This document shows, piece by piece, positions 61,424-64,000 of a DNA stretch of 64,000 nt. The stretch's first letter is position 1; each line of letters begins with the position of its first letter. The DNA comes from Candidatus Omnitrophota bacterium (lineage in GTDB: Bacteria; Omnitrophota; Gorgyraeia; Gygaellales; Profunditerraquicolaceae): assembly GCA_030650425.1 (NCBI GenBank), contig JAUSED010000003.1:7903-71902 (forward strand). Direction: 5' to 3'. Under the pieces are notes generated by a model, which saw only the letters and a program-made list of their open reading frames with translations, ran no database searches and was not told the DNA's origin. A program made the position numbers and the translations under genes.

Positions 61424-62349
61424 GAGGGGCCTTATTCTATTTGAGCGTGGCGGTATTTCTTACCGGATTACCGCTTATTTTGTCCTTTGCTTTAGGTTAC
61501 AAGTTTAACCCGCGTACCTTTAAATTCACCAAGACCGGTATTATCAGTTTAAAGACCCAGCCTCAAGGCGCGGATGTTTATCTGGATGGAAAATTATTAA
61601 ATGATAAAACCCCGGTGACGATCAATGAGCTTCTTCCCGGCCCATACAGCCTTAAGATAGAGTTAAAAAGGCATTATCCCTGGGTTGCCCAGGTTAACGT
61701 CGAACCGCGTAAGGTGGCGCGCTTTGAGAGGATCATACTCTTTCCTGACCGGCCGAATATCAAGCAGCTGAATCAGGATAAGGTATCTTCTTTTTGGGTA
61801 GATAAGGAGGGTGGGAGGGTTTATTATTTTAATCAGGAAGAAAACATCCTTTATAAATCTAATCTGGAAGGGGAAAAGTTCGAAGAGATTGGCAGCATCC
61901 CGCAGGGATTCTCTTCATTGCCCAAGGAACTAAAAATATCCCACGATAGGCAACAGATGCTCATTTTTAGCGCTCATCAGATTTGCGCGCTAACCCTGAA
62001 GGGCCAGGGGGATTTAGCTTATCTTAAGGCCCCGGTTATCTTGAAGTTTCCAAATAAGCAGGTCAATAATGTGTTTTGGCATTCGGATAGTTACCATCTT
62101 ATTTTGGTTACTGATAAGGATGTGGAAGTCCTGGAAAGCGACGAAAATTCCAAGCCGGTAATTCTGGTAAGTTTAAACAGTAAGAATCCCGGTATTTTTT
62201 ACGATACGGATAAGGACGCGCTTTATTTTATGGATTCCCAGAGAGGCGAGGATGGTATTTTGTACAATAATACCTATAAACTCGAATTAAGCAACAAAGA
62301 AAATCTTTTGGATGATCTAATCAAGTTGAGACAAAATGCGCAAGATTAA
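61402..62349 (+). CDS. Membrane-anchored PEGA-domain protein
   Basis: TM, then TQPQGADVYLDG..TP..I..LLPG.Y. Confidence 0.75.
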   Translation: MSNEQRIRGALFYLSVAVFLTGLPLILSFALGYKFNPRTFKFTKTGIISLKTQPQGADVYLDGKLLNDKTPVTINELLPGPYSLKIELKRHYPWVAQVNVEPRKVARFERIILFPDRPNIKQLNQDKVSSFWVDKEGGRVYYFNQEENILYKSNLEGEKFEEIGSIPQGFSSLPKELKISHDRQQMLIFSAHQICALTLKGQGDLAYLKAPVILKFPNKQVNNVFWHSDSYHLILVTDKDVEVLESDENSKPVILVSLNSKNPGIFYDTDKDALYFMDSQRGEDGILYNNTYKLELSNKENLLDDLIKLRQNAQD

Positions 62350-63829
62350 AAAAATAAAAAGAGTTTTAGAGATCATCCCGGGAGCTTTATCTTGGGGGAT
62401 GATCATCGGGTTAATCTTGTTGGCTGTATTTCACCCTATTTCCTGCGCTATTATAATTATCGTATTTGATTTTTATTGGATCATCAGGACAGTCTATCTT
62501 ACCACCTTGTTGGTTATGGCGCACCAACAGCTCTACCGGCAAAAGGATATCAATTGGCTGGTTAAATGCCGCAGAATTGGCAAACAATCCGGATTGGAAA
62601 AACTAAAGCACCTGGTCATCTTTCCGGTATATAAAGAGGGCTTGGATATTTTACGGCCCTCTTTAAAAGCTATCCAGGAATGTAACTATTCAAAAGATAA
62701 AATGATTGTAGTCGTAGCCTTTGAGGAGCGCAACCCCGCTTCCCGAGAGAACGCCCAAAAGCTGGAATCCGAATTTAAGGATAAATTTTTCCGCTATCTC
62801 TCCACTTTCCATCCCGATGGCATTAGCGGAGAGGCCCGCACCAAAGGCGCTAACGCTACCTGGGCAGCCAAAAGAGCGAAAGAATTATTAACATCCGAAG
62901 GGATTAACGATGAAGAGGTGATTGTTTCTTGTTTTGACGCGGATACCTGCGTGGCTAAGGAGTATTTCAGCTGCCTGAGTTATCATTTTCTGACTTCGCC
63001 GAATCCTCATCAGGCCAGCTACCAACCGATTCCGGTCTATAATAATAATATCTGGCAGGCGCCTTCGTTCGCGCGCCTGGTTGAAATAAGCTCCTCTTTC
63101 TGCCAGATGATTGAAAGCATGCGCTTGGAGAAATTCGTTACCTTCTCCAGCCACAGTATGAGCTTCAAGACTTTAGTCGCTATAGATTATTGGCCCGTGG
63201 ATATGGTCTCGGATGATTCAGTGATTTACTGGAAAGCGTACCTGTTTTATCAAGGCGATTACCGGGTGGTGCCTTTATATATCACGGTTTCTATGGACGT
63301 CGCTTATTCCAGTAATTTCTTTAAGACCATCCAAATGCAATATAAGCAGAAGAGAAGGTGGGCCTGGGGAGTAGAGAATTTTCCGTTTTTAGTCAGCGCT
63401 TTTTTGGGCGAAGCGCGGATTCCTTTAACTAAAAAAATACGCCGGTCTTTCCATCTTTTGGAAAGCCACGTAACTTGGGCGGTTTGGGCGATTATACTGG
63501 TTTTTATCGGGCCCCTGCCGATCATCGCCGGCGGAACCTTTTTTAATCAAATGTCCATTGGTTATAACCTGCCTAAGATAACCGGTTTGCTTTTTAATTT
63601 TACTTTTGGGGCCAGCCTTGCCTGGATCGTCTTAAGCCGCATCATTTTGCCTCCCCGGCCAAAAGGGGTCAGCTGGCTAAAAAACATAACCATGATCGTC
63701 GAATGGATGATGGTTCCTTTTATCATACTCATACTCGGGTCTTTGCCTGCTTTGGATGCCCAGACGCACCTGTTATTGGGAAAATACATGGAATTTAATC
63801 CTACTCAAAAAAACAAGAGAGTGGTATAA
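62336..63829 (+). CDS. Membrane GT2-family glycosyltransferase
   Basis: PVYKE, KGAN, DAD, SDD, QKRRW (QxxRW). Confidence 0.85.
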   Translation: MRKIKKIKRVLEIIPGALSWGMIIGLILLAVFHPISCAIIIIVFDFYWIIRTVYLTTLLVMAHQQLYRQKDINWLVKCRRIGKQSGLEKLKHLVIFPVYKEGLDILRPSLKAIQECNYSKDKMIVVVAFEERNPASRENAQKLESEFKDKFFRYLSTFHPDGISGEARTKGANATWAAKRAKELLTSEGINDEEVIVSCFDADTCVAKEYFSCLSYHFLTSPNPHQASYQPIPVYNNNIWQAPSFARLVEISSSFCQMIESMRLEKFVTFSSHSMSFKTLVAIDYWPVDMVSDDSVIYWKAYLFYQGDYRVVPLYITVSMDVAYSSNFFKTIQMQYKQKRRWAWGVENFPFLVSAFLGEARIPLTKKIRRSFHLLESHVTWAVWAIILVFIGPLPIIAGGTFFNQMSIGYNLPKITGLLFNFTFGASLAWIVLSRIILPPRPKGVSWLKNITMIVEWMMVPFIILILGSLPALDAQTHLLLGKYMEFNPTQKNKRVV

Positions 63830-63880
63830 TTATTATAAATAAAGATAGCGCAGGGTATAAGCAGCAGGGTGGAGGGTAAA

Positions 63881-64000
63881 ATGAGCATTAAGCAATTAAT
63901 GCGGGAGATGAGCATCTGTAATGCCTCGGATTTGTTCTATCGCGCCGGAGGAAAAGCGCGTTTAAGAATTGACGGAAAACTGGCGCCGGCGGGTGAAAAA
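63881..64000 (+). CDS. pilT: PilT/PilU retraction ATPase, N-terminal fragment (runs off the window)
   Basis: MSIKQLMREM..NASDLFYRAG....RIDGKL after GGAGG RBS; only 40 codons visible. Confidence 0.6.
   Translation, partial: MSIKQLMREMSICNASDLFYRAGGKARLRIDGKLAPAGEK

Overview
Bacterial chromosomal window, mostly + strand. Gene content and style suggest a diderm PVC-superphylum or candidate-phylum organism such as Omnitrophota (inference only). Main blocks: (1) 1-16.3 kb, the C-terminus of a large protein, a secreted gluzincin, a diguanylate cyclase, an atypical F-type ATPase set (atpC-E-F/H-A-G-D, no subunit a) and directly coupled type II secretion/pilus genes (gspE,F,L/M-like,G,I,J,K). (2) 18.4-19.0 kb, a HUH/Y1 REP-associated tyrosine transposase (RAYT) flanked by 23-bp-period palindromic arrays; seven more such arrays are spread across the window, plus several other families of short inverted repeats, one inserted in frame in comEC. 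(3) 22.7-47.5 kb, accA, PadR and an aromatic type II PKS cluster (KS, CLF, B12 radical SAM, ACP, cyclase, aromatase, KR), then crcB, a nucleoside phosphorylase/isomerase/aldolase/dehydrogenase salvage module and lipid enzymes. (4) 47.6-64 kb, housekeeping genes (DtxR-feoB, two tRNAs, nfo, leuS, comEA/EC, bamD, lptE-like, holA, rpsT, murJ, uvrC, partial pilT). All calls come from reading motifs by eye; no searches were run.
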